NCBI GenBank assembly: GCA_016782885.1
Contig: JADHXQ010000007.1
Location: forward strand, 2,313 to 66,312
Origin: Phycisphaerae bacterium
Lineage (GTDB): Bacteria > Planctomycetota > Phycisphaerae > SM23-33
Direction: 5' to 3'
Length of the DNA stretch: 64,000 nt
In this document: in pieces, positions 28,262 through 41,243 of the stretch
How the letters are laid out: each line of letters begins with the position of its first letter
How positions within the stretch are numbered: the stretch's first letter is position 1
Notes under the pieces: model-generated
Database searches by the model: none
What the model was told of the DNA's origin: nothing
Seen by the model: the letters and a program-made list of their open reading frames with translations, nothing else
Translations under genes and position numbers: made by a program

Positions 28262-29418
28262 AAGCGTCAACCAACCGATCTGCTGCGTGCCTGGCGGCCC
28301 TTGGCGTCTGCCTGACCGTCTGCACACTTGCCGGGTGCGCCGAGCCGACGATGAGGGTCTACCTGGGAACCTACACGCGCACGGGGAGCAAGGGCATCTA
28401 CGTCTGCGAACTGAATCTGGCGAGCGGCGCCCTGACCGAACCGCGTCTGGCCGCGGCGACCGACAACCCGACATTCCTGGCGATACACCCGTCGGGGCGA
28501 TTCCTCTACGCTGCCGGTGGAGCCGCGAGAATCGATGGCAAGCCGACCGGCCTGGTGACCGCGTTTGCGATGGACAAGACCACCGGCAAGCTCACGCAGC
28601 TCAACCGGCAGTCGTCGGGCGGTAGAGGACCCTGCCACGTTGTCGTCGACGCCAAGGGACGCCATGCGCTGGCTGCGAATTATTCCAGCGGCTCGGTGGC
28701 GTCCCTGCCGATCGCCCCCGACGGTAAACTCCGTCCCGCCGCGAGCGTTATCCAGCATACCGGATCGAGCGTCAACAAGCGCCGCCAGGGCGGACCGCAC
28801 GCACATTCGATCAATCTCGACCGCGCCAACCGCTTTGCGGTCGCCGCCGATCTGGGCGCCGACAAGCTGTTCGTATACCAGTTCGCCCCGACCACCGGGA
28901 CGCTCAAACCACACGCCCCGCCCGCGGTAAAACTCGCCCCCGGCGCCGGGCCGCGACATTTCGCGTTCCATCCCAACGGGCAATTCGCCTACGTCATCAA
29001 CGAACTTGACTCGACGGTTACCGCGTTTGCCTTCGATGCAAAGAAAGGAACGCTGGCGAAACTCGACACCGTCTCGACCCTTCCGCCCGACTTCAAAGAC
29101 TCCAACTCCACCGCCGAGGTCCAGGTCCATCCGTCGGGGAAATTCCTCTACGGGTCAAACCGCGGGCACGACAGCCTGGCGATCTTCGCGATCGACAGCA
29201 AGTCGGGCAAGCTCACCCCGGTAGGCCACCAGCCCACCGGCGGGAGGACACCCAGGAATTTCGGTATCGATCCCACGGGGCGATTTATCCTGGCTGCCAA
29301 TCAGAACTCGAACAATGTCGTTGTCTTTCGAGTCGATCAGGCCACCGGACGCCTGAAGCCCACCGGCGGCAGCATTGCGGTATCGTCGCCGGTATGCGTA
29401 AAATTCCACGCTCAGTAA
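28258..29418 (+). CDS. pgl: Lactonase family beta-propeller (6-phosphogluconolactonase-like), lipoprotein
   Basis: YLGTYT, ANYSSGSV, RQGGPHAH, DLGADKL, GAGPRHFAFHP, SNRGHDS, TPRNF; ATGA overlap with the upstream gene; LAGC lipobox. Confidence 0.88.
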   Translation: MKASTNRSAACLAALGVCLTVCTLAGCAEPTMRVYLGTYTRTGSKGIYVCELNLASGALTEPRLAAATDNPTFLAIHPSGRFLYAAGGAARIDGKPTGLVTAFAMDKTTGKLTQLNRQSSGGRGPCHVVVDAKGRHALAANYSSGSVASLPIAPDGKLRPAASVIQHTGSSVNKRRQGGPHAHSINLDRANRFAVAADLGADKLFVYQFAPTTGTLKPHAPPAVKLAPGAGPRHFAFHPNGQFAYVINELDSTVTAFAFDAKKGTLAKLDTVSTLPPDFKDSNSTAEVQVHPSGKFLYGSNRGHDSLAIFAIDSKSGKLTPVGHQPTGGRTPRNFGIDPTGRFILAANQNSNNVVVFRVDQATGRLKPTGGSIAVSSPVCVKFHAQ

Positions 29419-29472
29419 CCCCGAGGCTAATGTCACATATGGTTCACGGTTTGGCGTTTGAGGAGTAGTGAA

Positions 29473-30732
29473 ATGCGATTGTGTCTTGTCTTCCTGGCCG
29501 CGGTTACGCTCGCGCCGGCCGCCGCACCCGCCGCCCTTCCCGAGCGGCTCGCCATCACGCAGTATGGTATTACCTGGACGTTTTCCGCACCCATACAAGC
29601 CGGTCGATTCATCACCGGCGACTGGTGGGTCGTCGGGCCGGTTACGCTCAAGAGCATCACCCCCGCCCCATCCGCCGGGCGTCACGGGGCGGTAGTCAAC
29701 CCCCCCGCCGGAGCCAAACAGGGCTACGACGATCGCATCTCCGGATTCGACGCCTCGCTGCGGATCAAGTGCCCGCTGGCCCTCCGCCCGGGCGACTCGC
29801 TCGTCACCACCGCCAGCCTCCCCAAAATCGGCGTCAAAACGCCCGATACCGTCCGCGGGCAGTACTGTCGCGGACCGCTCCGCACCGCCGCCGTGCTTAC
29901 CTGCCTCAAACGCCCACCCCCCGCCGGCGCGTTCCGCCCGGGGTATGTCGGAAAGTGGAAGAAGCAGTTCACCGTCTCGCAGCTCAAACGCGACGCCCTG
30001 CCCCGCCTCAAAGCCCCCGATCCCAAAAACGTCCCTGACGCCAAACCGTACGAGCGATACCTCCGGCGTATCTGGCTGGACCACATGCGCCAGTGGTCCA
30101 ACCGGAAAATGCACCCGTTGGAAAACATGCCCGACTACGGCCGCGAGATCACCAACATCGTCTCGGACGTCGCCCTGCTGCTCTGCCTCGACGATTCCCA
30201 AAAGAAGCGCGAAACCCTCCTGCTCCAATTCGTCCAGAAGGGCATCGACTATTACGCAGCCGCCCTGTCCCATAACGATCTCTGGATCGCCAACGGAGGG
30301 CACAATTCCGGGCGAAAATGGCCAATTCTCTTCGCCGGCCTGATGCTCGACGATAAGGACATGATGAAGGTTAAAGCCACCTTCCAGGAAGACCAGCAGA
30401 CGTACTACGGCCCGCGTTTCGACCGCGGTAAGCAAGCGATCTGGACGATCGCCCCGGGCAATCCCAACAAGCATCACGAAGAAGCCGACCCCAAAAAATG
30501 GTCCACCTACGGCGACACACGCGGTAATAACGGCCTGAAAGCCGAGGCATACCGCAAACTCAACGGTCCGACGTGGGTCGGCCAGGCCCTGGCCGCCCGC
30601 CTGACCGGAATGAAAGACAAATGGTCCCACCCCGCATTCTTCGATTACGTGGACCGCTGGATAAAGGAAGACGGCGGCCCGAAGAAGGGTTTTGTAAGAA
30701 AAATGTGGGATCGATACCGGTCTAAGAACTAG
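29473..30732 (+). CDS. Secreted hypothetical protein
   Basis: GAGGAG RBS, signal peptide, strong GC3 bias; no family recognised. Confidence 0.75.
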   Translation: MRLCLVFLAAVTLAPAAAPAALPERLAITQYGITWTFSAPIQAGRFITGDWWVVGPVTLKSITPAPSAGRHGAVVNPPAGAKQGYDDRISGFDASLRIKCPLALRPGDSLVTTASLPKIGVKTPDTVRGQYCRGPLRTAAVLTCLKRPPPAGAFRPGYVGKWKKQFTVSQLKRDALPRLKAPDPKNVPDAKPYERYLRRIWLDHMRQWSNRKMHPLENMPDYGREITNIVSDVALLLCLDDSQKKRETLLLQFVQKGIDYYAAALSHNDLWIANGGHNSGRKWPILFAGLMLDDKDMMKVKATFQEDQQTYYGPRFDRGKQAIWTIAPGNPNKHHEEADPKKWSTYGDTRGNNGLKAEAYRKLNGPTWVGQALAARLTGMKDKWSHPAFFDYVDRWIKEDGGPKKGFVRKMWDRYRSKN

Positions 30733-30754
30733 AATCGTTGCCGATTCCAGAACC

Positions 30755-30784
30755 GCTATCAGCTATTAGCTATCAGCCGTCAGC
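30755..30784 (+). repeat. Heptamer tandem repeat (GCTATCA x4) between convergent genes
   Basis: gctatca gctatta gctatca gccgtca gc. Confidence 0.7.
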
Positions 30785-30857
30785 AACAAACCCCGAACCC
30801 GACGGCGAGCTGCGACGGCGGACGGCGCCTCTGTGTGGAGGTGGCCGTAACAATACC

Positions 30858-32417
30858 CTACTTATCCCAATTGGCGTCGATGATCTCCTGGATCTTCGGA
30901 TACTTTTTGTCAGTCTCGTTGAGTTCCTCGCGCGTCTTTTTGAGTTCGACTTTCATGTCGGCGATGATCTTTCTGTACGCCGGGTTGGCGTACTGGTTTT
31001 TCATCTCGGAAGGATCCTTCTCCAGATCGTAGAACTCCCACGCAACCGGCGTGCGGCCGGTTCCTTGAAGGCCGCATCCATAGAAAAATATCAGCTTGTA
31101 ACGCTCGCCGCGAATACCGAAATGCGCCGGGACCTTCAGGTTGTGGGCCATGTGCATCCAGTAGCGGTAATAGGTGCTCGTGCGCCAGTCCTTTGGCTTC
31201 GGCTCGTTTTTCAAAGCGGGGAGGAAGGATCGCCCCTGCATGTAATCGGGCGTTTTGAGGCCGCCCAGGTCGAGGATCGTCGGAGCAAAATCGGTATTGT
31301 TGATAAGCCACGAGTTCGATGAGCCCGGCTTGACCATTTTCGGATAATGCACGATGAAGGGCATTCGCATCGCCTCTTCGTACATCCATCGCTTGTCGGT
31401 CAGGTCGTGTTCGCCGAGGAAGAACCCCTGGTCGCCGGTATACATGATGACCGTATTATCGAGTTCGCCGGTTTTCTTCAGGTAGTCGATCAGGCGTTTT
31501 ACGTTGTCGTCGACGCCTTTGACGCACCTGAGGTATCGTTTGAGAAACTTCTGGTAGACCGCCCGCCCGTATTCGGGCTCCTCCAGCTTCTTAGTGACCC
31601 CCAACCGGTTGCCCAGGCCCCAACTCGGATGGGCCCTGGTGACGCCGGCTCCGAATTTGCGGGTCGCTTCCGAGCCGAATCCTTCGGCGGGCTGGTTGTG
31701 GAGATTGTCCGGTTCGGGGATCGTCACATCTTTGAGATAGCTGTCGTAGCGTTTGGCGTTGCGGAACATGTCGTGCGGGGCTTTGAAGTGGTGCATCAGG
31801 AAGAACGGTTTGTTCTTGTCGCGCCCGTTTTTCAACCACTCAAGGCTGATGTCGGTCACGGCGTCGCTGGAGTGGAGTCCCTTTTGGGATATCGTGTTTT
31901 TACGCCAGGGTTTGTCGCCTCGCACGCGGAAGGTCGGATTGAAGTAGTCTCCCTGACCGGGCAGCACGCAGTAGTAATCGAACGCGCCGGGCTCCGCCGA
32001 CAGATGCCACTTGCCCACCATGGCGGTTTGGTATCCGGCGGTTTTCATTTCGATGGGCAGGTATTGCCGTTCCGGCGGGATCTGCCCGCCGAGTGTCAGG
32101 ATCCGGTTTGTCTGGGAGTATTGTCCGGTGATGATGCTGGCTCGGCTTGGCGTGCAGATCGAGTTGTTGCAGAACACGTTGTCGAACCTCATGCCGTTTT
32201 TCGCCAGTGCGTCGATATTTGGCGTGGGGTTGAGTTTCGCCAGGCGGCTTTGGTAAACGCCGATGGCCTGGGAGGTGTGATCGTCAGCCATGATGAACAG
32301 GACATTCGGTTTGGACGGTTTCGGGGTCTCGGCTCCTGCAAATCGGCTGCAAGCCAGTGCGCACGCCCCAGCCGACAGTGTTTTCAGGAACGTTCGTCGC
32401 GAAGAGTGGTTCGCCAT
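30858..32417 (-). CDS. Tat-exported sulfatase (S1 family)
   Basis: SRRTFLK; PNVLFIMADDH; CTPSRASIITG formylglycine motif; GKWHL; TGDQGFFLGEH. Confidence 0.93.
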   Translation of the reverse strand: MANHSSRRTFLKTLSAGACALACSRFAGAETPKPSKPNVLFIMADDHTSQAIGVYQSRLAKLNPTPNIDALAKNGMRFDNVFCNNSICTPSRASIITGQYSQTNRILTLGGQIPPERQYLPIEMKTAGYQTAMVGKWHLSAEPGAFDYYCVLPGQGDYFNPTFRVRGDKPWRKNTISQKGLHSSDAVTDISLEWLKNGRDKNKPFFLMHHFKAPHDMFRNAKRYDSYLKDVTIPEPDNLHNQPAEGFGSEATRKFGAGVTRAHPSWGLGNRLGVTKKLEEPEYGRAVYQKFLKRYLRCVKGVDDNVKRLIDYLKKTGELDNTVIMYTGDQGFFLGEHDLTDKRWMYEEAMRMPFIVHYPKMVKPGSSNSWLINNTDFAPTILDLGGLKTPDYMQGRSFLPALKNEPKPKDWRTSTYYRYWMHMAHNLKVPAHFGIRGERYKLIFFYGCGLQGTGRTPVAWEFYDLEKDPSEMKNQYANPAYRKIIADMKVELKKTREELNETDKKYPKIQEIIDANWDK

Positions 32418-32480
32418 GTTTTCTCTGCTACTCAAGGGTGTTTGGCCTGTTTGTTGCCTTGACCGGTCCTTATGGGTTTT

Positions 32481-33245
32481 CTAGAGGCGTTTCTTGCCGG
32501 TCTTCTCTCCTATTTTCGCAGCCGCGTACACCTTTCTCTGCTGGGGGGTGAGAATCCGCGTGTAGACGTATTTCTTGATGGGTCCGGTAACCTGCGCCGG
32601 GACATCGGCGCCGAGGGGAACGGCAAGGCGTTTGGCCTGGACGCTAACTGCCGACTCAATTTTGGCGATCTGCTCTTTGCTCGGTTCCAGCGACGAGAAT
32701 TCATCCAGGATGATCTGTGAAAGAATCGGAGCATTCCACTTGCCCCGCTGGTCGGGGGTCAGCATCCCAAAGAATTTTCGCTCGTGGGAAGTTACAAAGT
32801 TCGCCCGGGCCTTGGACAGGGACTGCAATTGGATGACAATTGCCTTGCAGGCTCTCATGTCCCTGCGTGACGAGAGCTTCTCAAGCCGCGCCTTCATGAT
32901 GTCAAACTTTTTTCGGTTGACCTTATCCCAGTTTGCCAGACCTTTGTCCCGGAGCGCCCGCATTGCGGGGATTTTCGTCTTCTGCTGGTCGGTGAGAGTA
33001 ACCTGCTTGTCCAGTTTCTCCATGTCGTCAGTCAGCGATTCGTCCGTTTTGGGCAGTTCAATCTCCAGACCGACGTCCCGCAATTTCTGGAAATCCCGTT
33101 CGGCAAGTTCCTTCTTGTCCAGGTCCTTGTCCCTCTTGACGCTCTCCGTTTTCTTCCTGGTTGTCTTCTTTACTGCACCCTCGGCCAGCGATGCAAAGGC
33201 TAACGAGGCGACCATACCGGTAATAAGCCACAATTTCATTTTCAT
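32481..33245 (-). CDS. Secreted helical protein with LTxxQ (Spy/CpxP-like) motifs
   Basis: Signal peptide; LTDQQK, LTPDQR, LTPQQR. Confidence 0.6.
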   Translation of the reverse strand: MKMKLWLITGMVASLAFASLAEGAVKKTTRKKTESVKRDKDLDKKELAERDFQKLRDVGLEIELPKTDESLTDDMEKLDKQVTLTDQQKTKIPAMRALRDKGLANWDKVNRKKFDIMKARLEKLSSRRDMRACKAIVIQLQSLSKARANFVTSHERKFFGMLTPDQRGKWNAPILSQIILDEFSSLEPSKEQIAKIESAVSVQAKRLAVPLGADVPAQVTGPIKKYVYTRILTPQQRKVYAAAKIGEKTGKKRL

Positions 33246-33564
33246 GGCGGATCTCACATCGAGGCGATTATAAACTGCTCCGCCGCCCACCTCGCGGGGC
33301 GACAGGGCTGACCGAAAATCGGCGTTTCGGGAATATCTCATAATCTCTTTTCGGCGGACGCCGCAGGCCGCCTTATCCTGAGATAATCCGCCGCTGTCAG
33401 CGCGCCACACAGATAAAGGGCGTCATAACCGCCATTATCAGCACAATCATCGCCAAGATCAAGAACAGGTTCCGAGGCGAGTTTATTGCACGGTCTTGGG
33501 CATTCGCTTTGTTTGGGTTATCTTGATTGGCTCGAGAGGCCCTTCCATACCGCCGGACCCTTGA

Positions 33565-33841
33565 CTACACGCTTTGATGCTTGAGATGACACGCCGCGGC
33601 CTTGAAAGGATCGCCAGGCCCGTTGTACGCCCAGGCCCAACCGGTGGTCGGGGCCACCCAGACATTCATTCCCAGGCCGGCCGCTTCCTCGATGCAGCCG
33701 GAGACGTTCTTCACCCACACATCACTGCCAAGCTTCACGGTCGGACCGTTCACGGCGCTGTAGATCCCGAGAATCTCGACGTCCGTGATACTCTGGGCTT
33801 TCATGAGGCGCAGTTGCTCGCGTATTTCCTTTCGTGAGCAT
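33565..33841 (-). pseudogene. Frameshifted fragment resembling the N-terminus of GH106 glycoside hydrolases
   Basis: AAGGA RBS plus MLTK, then shifted frame EIREQLRLMKAQSITDVEILGIY..VKLGSDVWVKNVSGCIEEAAGLGMNVWVAPTTGW; resemblance recalled, not searched. Confidence 0.5.
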
Positions 33842-33858
33842 GGTTCCTTCCCCCCGGT

Positions 33859-37635
<3,777 letters not shown>

Positions 37636-37713
37636 TTATACAGGATTTGTAACGCGCGACCCGACCCGATGCAATCCGCCAACCGCCGAATTGTTTTTTA
37701 CCGGCGTTTTTCA

Positions 37714-37742
37714 TTGCGGTCGGAGATTCGCATTGGTAGTTT
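37714..37742 (+). promoter_or_regulatory. Putative sigma70 promoter of the SSS transporter
   Basis: TTGCGG-N17-TAGTTT with extended TG. Confidence 0.4.
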
Positions 37743-37789
37743 TAATCGCTAAACAACAGAAGTTTTAGAGGTACTGAAAGGATAGACCT

Positions 37790-39343
37790 ATGGATTTAAC
37801 CGTACTTGACATCAGTGTCTTCGTTATATTTTTCGCCATCGTTCTTGGCGTCAGCATGTTCAAGAGCCGAAAAGAAAAAACCGGGGAGGATTTTTTCCTG
37901 GCAAGCCGCAACCTCATCTGGCCTATGATCGGCTTGTCTCTGATAGCAGCCAACATCTCCACCGAACACTTCGTCGGTATGGCCGGCCAGGGCGCCGGTT
38001 CGGCAGGTATGGCCATTGCCAGCTATGAGTGGATTGCGGCTATCACTCTGGTCATTGTGGCATTCATCTTTCTCCCCATGTTCCTTCGCAGCGGTATCTA
38101 TACGATACCCGAATACCTTGAATATCGTTACAACGCCACGGCAAGGAACATCATGGCGCTGTACATGATGGTCATCTACATAGGCGTGACCATCTCGGCG
38201 GTTTTATACAGCGGAGGTTTGACCTTACAAACGCTGTTCGGCGATCTGGAAAATTCCAGCCACCTCGTTTATGGCGTCATACTGATTGGCGCCATCGCCG
38301 GTTTATACACCACTTGGGGCGGTCTGAAAGCCGTTGCATGGGCGGACCTGTTCCTTGGCTCAGCCTTGATTATCGGCGGCGCGATAACACTGTTCATAGG
38401 CTTCAGGGAAATAGGTGTTAAGACATTTTTTGAGTCCAATGCCGACAAGATGCATATGATACTGCCCAGCGATCATCCGGTCCTTCCATGGACAGCCCTG
38501 GTGCTTGGCTTGTGGATACCCAACTTTTATTACTGGGGCCTTAACCAGTACATAACCCAAAGGACACTGGCCGCCAAGACCCTGAGGCAGGGACAGTTGG
38601 GCGTCATCTTCGCCGCCGGTCTGAAGCTAATCATCCCGTTTGTCATAATACTTCCGGGCATTATGGCCTATCATCTGTATAAAGACCAGTTGACCGGTGA
38701 GAGCGGTACGGATGCGGCGTATCCGCTGCTCATCAAGAACATGGTGGGCCCGGGCGTGAGAGCGTTTATATTCGCGGCTATTTCAGGGGCGGTTATAAGC
38801 TCATTGGCTTCGATGCTCAATTCCGCTTCGACGATATTTACGATGGACTTCTACAAGAGGCTCATTAACAAGAATGCCTCACAAAAGTCCATTGTCTGGA
38901 CAGGCAGGATCAGCACCCTTGTCTTTGTGGTTGTCGGCTGTTTCATCGCCCCTTATCTGGGCGATCCCAGGTTCAAGGGCATCTTTAATTACATACAGGA
39001 GTTCCAGGGATATGTCTCTCCGGGCATCCTTGCGGTATTTGTTTTTGGTATGATATTCAAGAGAACCCCCGCCCTGGCGGGCATAGTCGGCCTGATAGCG
39101 ACCGTACCGATATACGGTTTCCTGCATTGGCAGTTTGGTGAAATGGCATTCCTTAACAGGATGGCGATCACTTTTGGCGCCGATCTGGTGTTGATGTTCG
39201 TGATACTGCTTGCCAAGCCCCTGGCTGAACCCAGAAAGATGCCTGTAAGGGAAGACTTCGATATGAAGCCGACACCCGCGGTGCTCTGGCTTGGTCTGGC
39301 TGTAATAGCCGCAACGATCGTTCTCTACATTATATTCTGGTAA
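37790..39343 (+). CDS. Sodium:solute symporter (SGLT-like sugar transporter)
   Basis: SLIAANISTEHFVGMAG, IASYEW, GGLKAVAWAD, YYWGLNQYITQRTLAAK, SSLASMLNSASTIFTMD. Confidence 0.93.
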   Translation: MDLTVLDISVFVIFFAIVLGVSMFKSRKEKTGEDFFLASRNLIWPMIGLSLIAANISTEHFVGMAGQGAGSAGMAIASYEWIAAITLVIVAFIFLPMFLRSGIYTIPEYLEYRYNATARNIMALYMMVIYIGVTISAVLYSGGLTLQTLFGDLENSSHLVYGVILIGAIAGLYTTWGGLKAVAWADLFLGSALIIGGAITLFIGFREIGVKTFFESNADKMHMILPSDHPVLPWTALVLGLWIPNFYYWGLNQYITQRTLAAKTLRQGQLGVIFAAGLKLIIPFVIILPGIMAYHLYKDQLTGESGTDAAYPLLIKNMVGPGVRAFIFAAISGAVISSLASMLNSASTIFTMDFYKRLINKNASQKSIVWTGRISTLVFVVVGCFIAPYLGDPRFKGIFNYIQEFQGYVSPGILAVFVFGMIFKRTPALAGIVGLIATVPIYGFLHWQFGEMAFLNRMAITFGADLVLMFVILLAKPLAEPRKMPVREDFDMKPTPAVLWLGLAVIAATIVLYIIFW

Positions 39344-39345
39344 GA

Positions 39346-39366
39346 GAAGATCGTTTTTCGATCTTC
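39346..39366 (+). other. Intergenic perfect stem-loop
   Basis: GAAGATCG-TTTTT-CGATCTTC right after the stop codon; no U-tail. Confidence 0.45.
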
Positions 39367-39394
39367 GCGGATTTGCGAACTTGTCAGTTCTGAA

Positions 39395-41149
39395 ATGACT
39401 GCTATCAGGCATGCGGGAATTGTCGCCGGATGCATACTGCTGCTCGCTGCTCCGCTGCGCGCGGACGAACAGGCGCTCAACCACCATCTCGTGCGCTCGG
39501 CGAAACTGGAAAGCGGGCAGGGCGAAGACAATATCGTCCCTCTGATGCCCTGGCGCAAGACAGATGACACTATCGAGGGATGGGACTGGTCGCTGCCTCC
39601 GGGCGTTAAACCGATTCCCAGCTCGGGGCTTATCTTCGGCCGCGAAAAACGAACGTTTCCGGGCAACAAGCTTGGCGACATATCCGTATTCTGGCGCGAC
39701 GTCGAACCGGAGGAAGGACAATACGACTTCTCGTCGGTCAGGAAAAAACTCGCATCCCTGCCCAAAGACGTCATCGGCTGCAGGTTCCACTTCTACGCGA
39801 CGGTGGCCTATCGCGTTCGCAACGGGCAAAAGCAACTCCTCGGGCCAAAGTGGATGCAAAAGTACGCCAGGCAGATACCGCTGATCGACATGACCAGCGT
39901 CGAGGGGCGATTCCAACTCTTCAACTACGCGATATGGAAAGGGGAATATCACCGGCGATACCTGCGCGCGATCGAGGCCTTCGGTCGCAGCGGTATTCCC
40001 AAAAACAAGGCCCTGCGTATCGTGTACGTCGGTGCGATCTCGAAGAGCTGGGGCGAGGAGATGTACATCCCACGCACCGTTGGCCTGTGGTGCGAGAAGA
40101 ACGCCGGTCTGACCCCCCAGCGTTTGGAGAAGTGCCTGACAGAACGTCTGGACGCCTGGGGCAAAGCGTTCAAAGGCCGCGAAGGCATCCTGGCGTGGGT
40201 TGGTGCGGGCAATTCGGGCGTCTCGGGCAAAGGCGACTTTTCCCAGGTGGGCCGCCGCGTGATTAAGCATGCCTACGATCTGGGCATGGGGCAGCGATGC
40301 GGATTCGTCGAGAACTACCTCTACCATCTCCACAACCCCGCGATAGGCCAGAGCACCGACGCCCGGGGATACCTGCACGTGGATGAAACCTGCCCGCCAA
40401 TCGCCCAGGGACGCGCCTTCGGAGACGAGAACGAGGAGTACGGAAAGTACTGGGTCGGGCGATTCGGACCGCTGAGCACCCACGCCTATCGCTACCACGA
40501 ATCGATGATCCGCACGCTGCAGATGAGGCGGAACTACCTGTGGATGTCGGGCAGTTCGGTGGACATGGACCCGCCCCTGACGGCGTACATGTCCCTGGCG
40601 CTCGGACGCAAGGCGACCGATTCGCCCGACGCCTTCTGCTACCTGCGACAGAGCATCGTGCGCGGATCGGCCGCGGGAAAGAAGAGCAAGGAGTTCGCCA
40701 TCAAAAACTTCGAACGCTGGCTGATTCAGCGAGATCGGGACGGGTATCGCACGAAAGCCGCGGTCAAGGTTCCCCAGCACAAATCGATGTGGATGGTCCC
40801 GAAAAACTACAAGTTCGACTACATCGCCCGCCGCACCGATCTGGCGAGCAATAACTCTAAGATCGGATTCGCCCTGGACGACCGCTTCCTTAGCGGCGGG
40901 GCGCACTCGGTGGCGATCAAGGTGACATATCACGACATCGGCAGCGGCAAATGGACGCTGGTCTACACGAAGCACGGCGGCGCCACCGCCCGGCGCACCA
41001 TCCAGTGCAAGAACACAAAGAAAGCCCTCACCGCCACATTCCACCTCACCGACGCATCCTTCGGCGCCAAGGGCGACGCGCTCGATTTCCACATCCAAGC
41101 CGCCGGCGAGGATGCGACAATCTCATTCGTCCGCGTGATAAAGACCTAA
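39395..41149 (+). CDS. Secreted putative clan GH-A glycoside hydrolase with C-terminal beta-sandwich
   Basis: Signal peptide; WRDVEPEEGQYDFS motif shared with beta-galactosidase-like TIM barrels; family unclear. Confidence 0.6.
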   Translation: MTAIRHAGIVAGCILLLAAPLRADEQALNHHLVRSAKLESGQGEDNIVPLMPWRKTDDTIEGWDWSLPPGVKPIPSSGLIFGREKRTFPGNKLGDISVFWRDVEPEEGQYDFSSVRKKLASLPKDVIGCRFHFYATVAYRVRNGQKQLLGPKWMQKYARQIPLIDMTSVEGRFQLFNYAIWKGEYHRRYLRAIEAFGRSGIPKNKALRIVYVGAISKSWGEEMYIPRTVGLWCEKNAGLTPQRLEKCLTERLDAWGKAFKGREGILAWVGAGNSGVSGKGDFSQVGRRVIKHAYDLGMGQRCGFVENYLYHLHNPAIGQSTDARGYLHVDETCPPIAQGRAFGDENEEYGKYWVGRFGPLSTHAYRYHESMIRTLQMRRNYLWMSGSSVDMDPPLTAYMSLALGRKATDSPDAFCYLRQSIVRGSAAGKKSKEFAIKNFERWLIQRDRDGYRTKAAVKVPQHKSMWMVPKNYKFDYIARRTDLASNNSKIGFALDDRFLSGGAHSVAIKVTYHDIGSGKWTLVYTKHGGATARRTIQCKNTKKALTATFHLTDASFGAKGDALDFHIQAAGEDATISFVRVIKT

Positions 41150-41176
41150 CTCCCTGCTAATCGCTCAAGAATTGGC

Positions 41177-41224
41177 TTGACTCCCACCCTGCCCGATGCC
41201 GACAATATGAATATCTAATATTCA
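41177..41224 (+). promoter_or_regulatory. Putative promoter plus operator of the AAA gene
   Basis: TTGACT-N18-GACAAT followed by the perfect inverted repeat TGAATAT-CTA-ATATTCA (41208-41224). Confidence 0.5.
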
Positions 41225-41243
41225 ATTCACATGGACCACCGCG

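Noticed and set aside
26393..30852. GGCCGTAACA shared between the intI breakpoint and 30843
   Set aside because: A 10-mer match is plausible by chance in 64 kb and there is no flanking homology.
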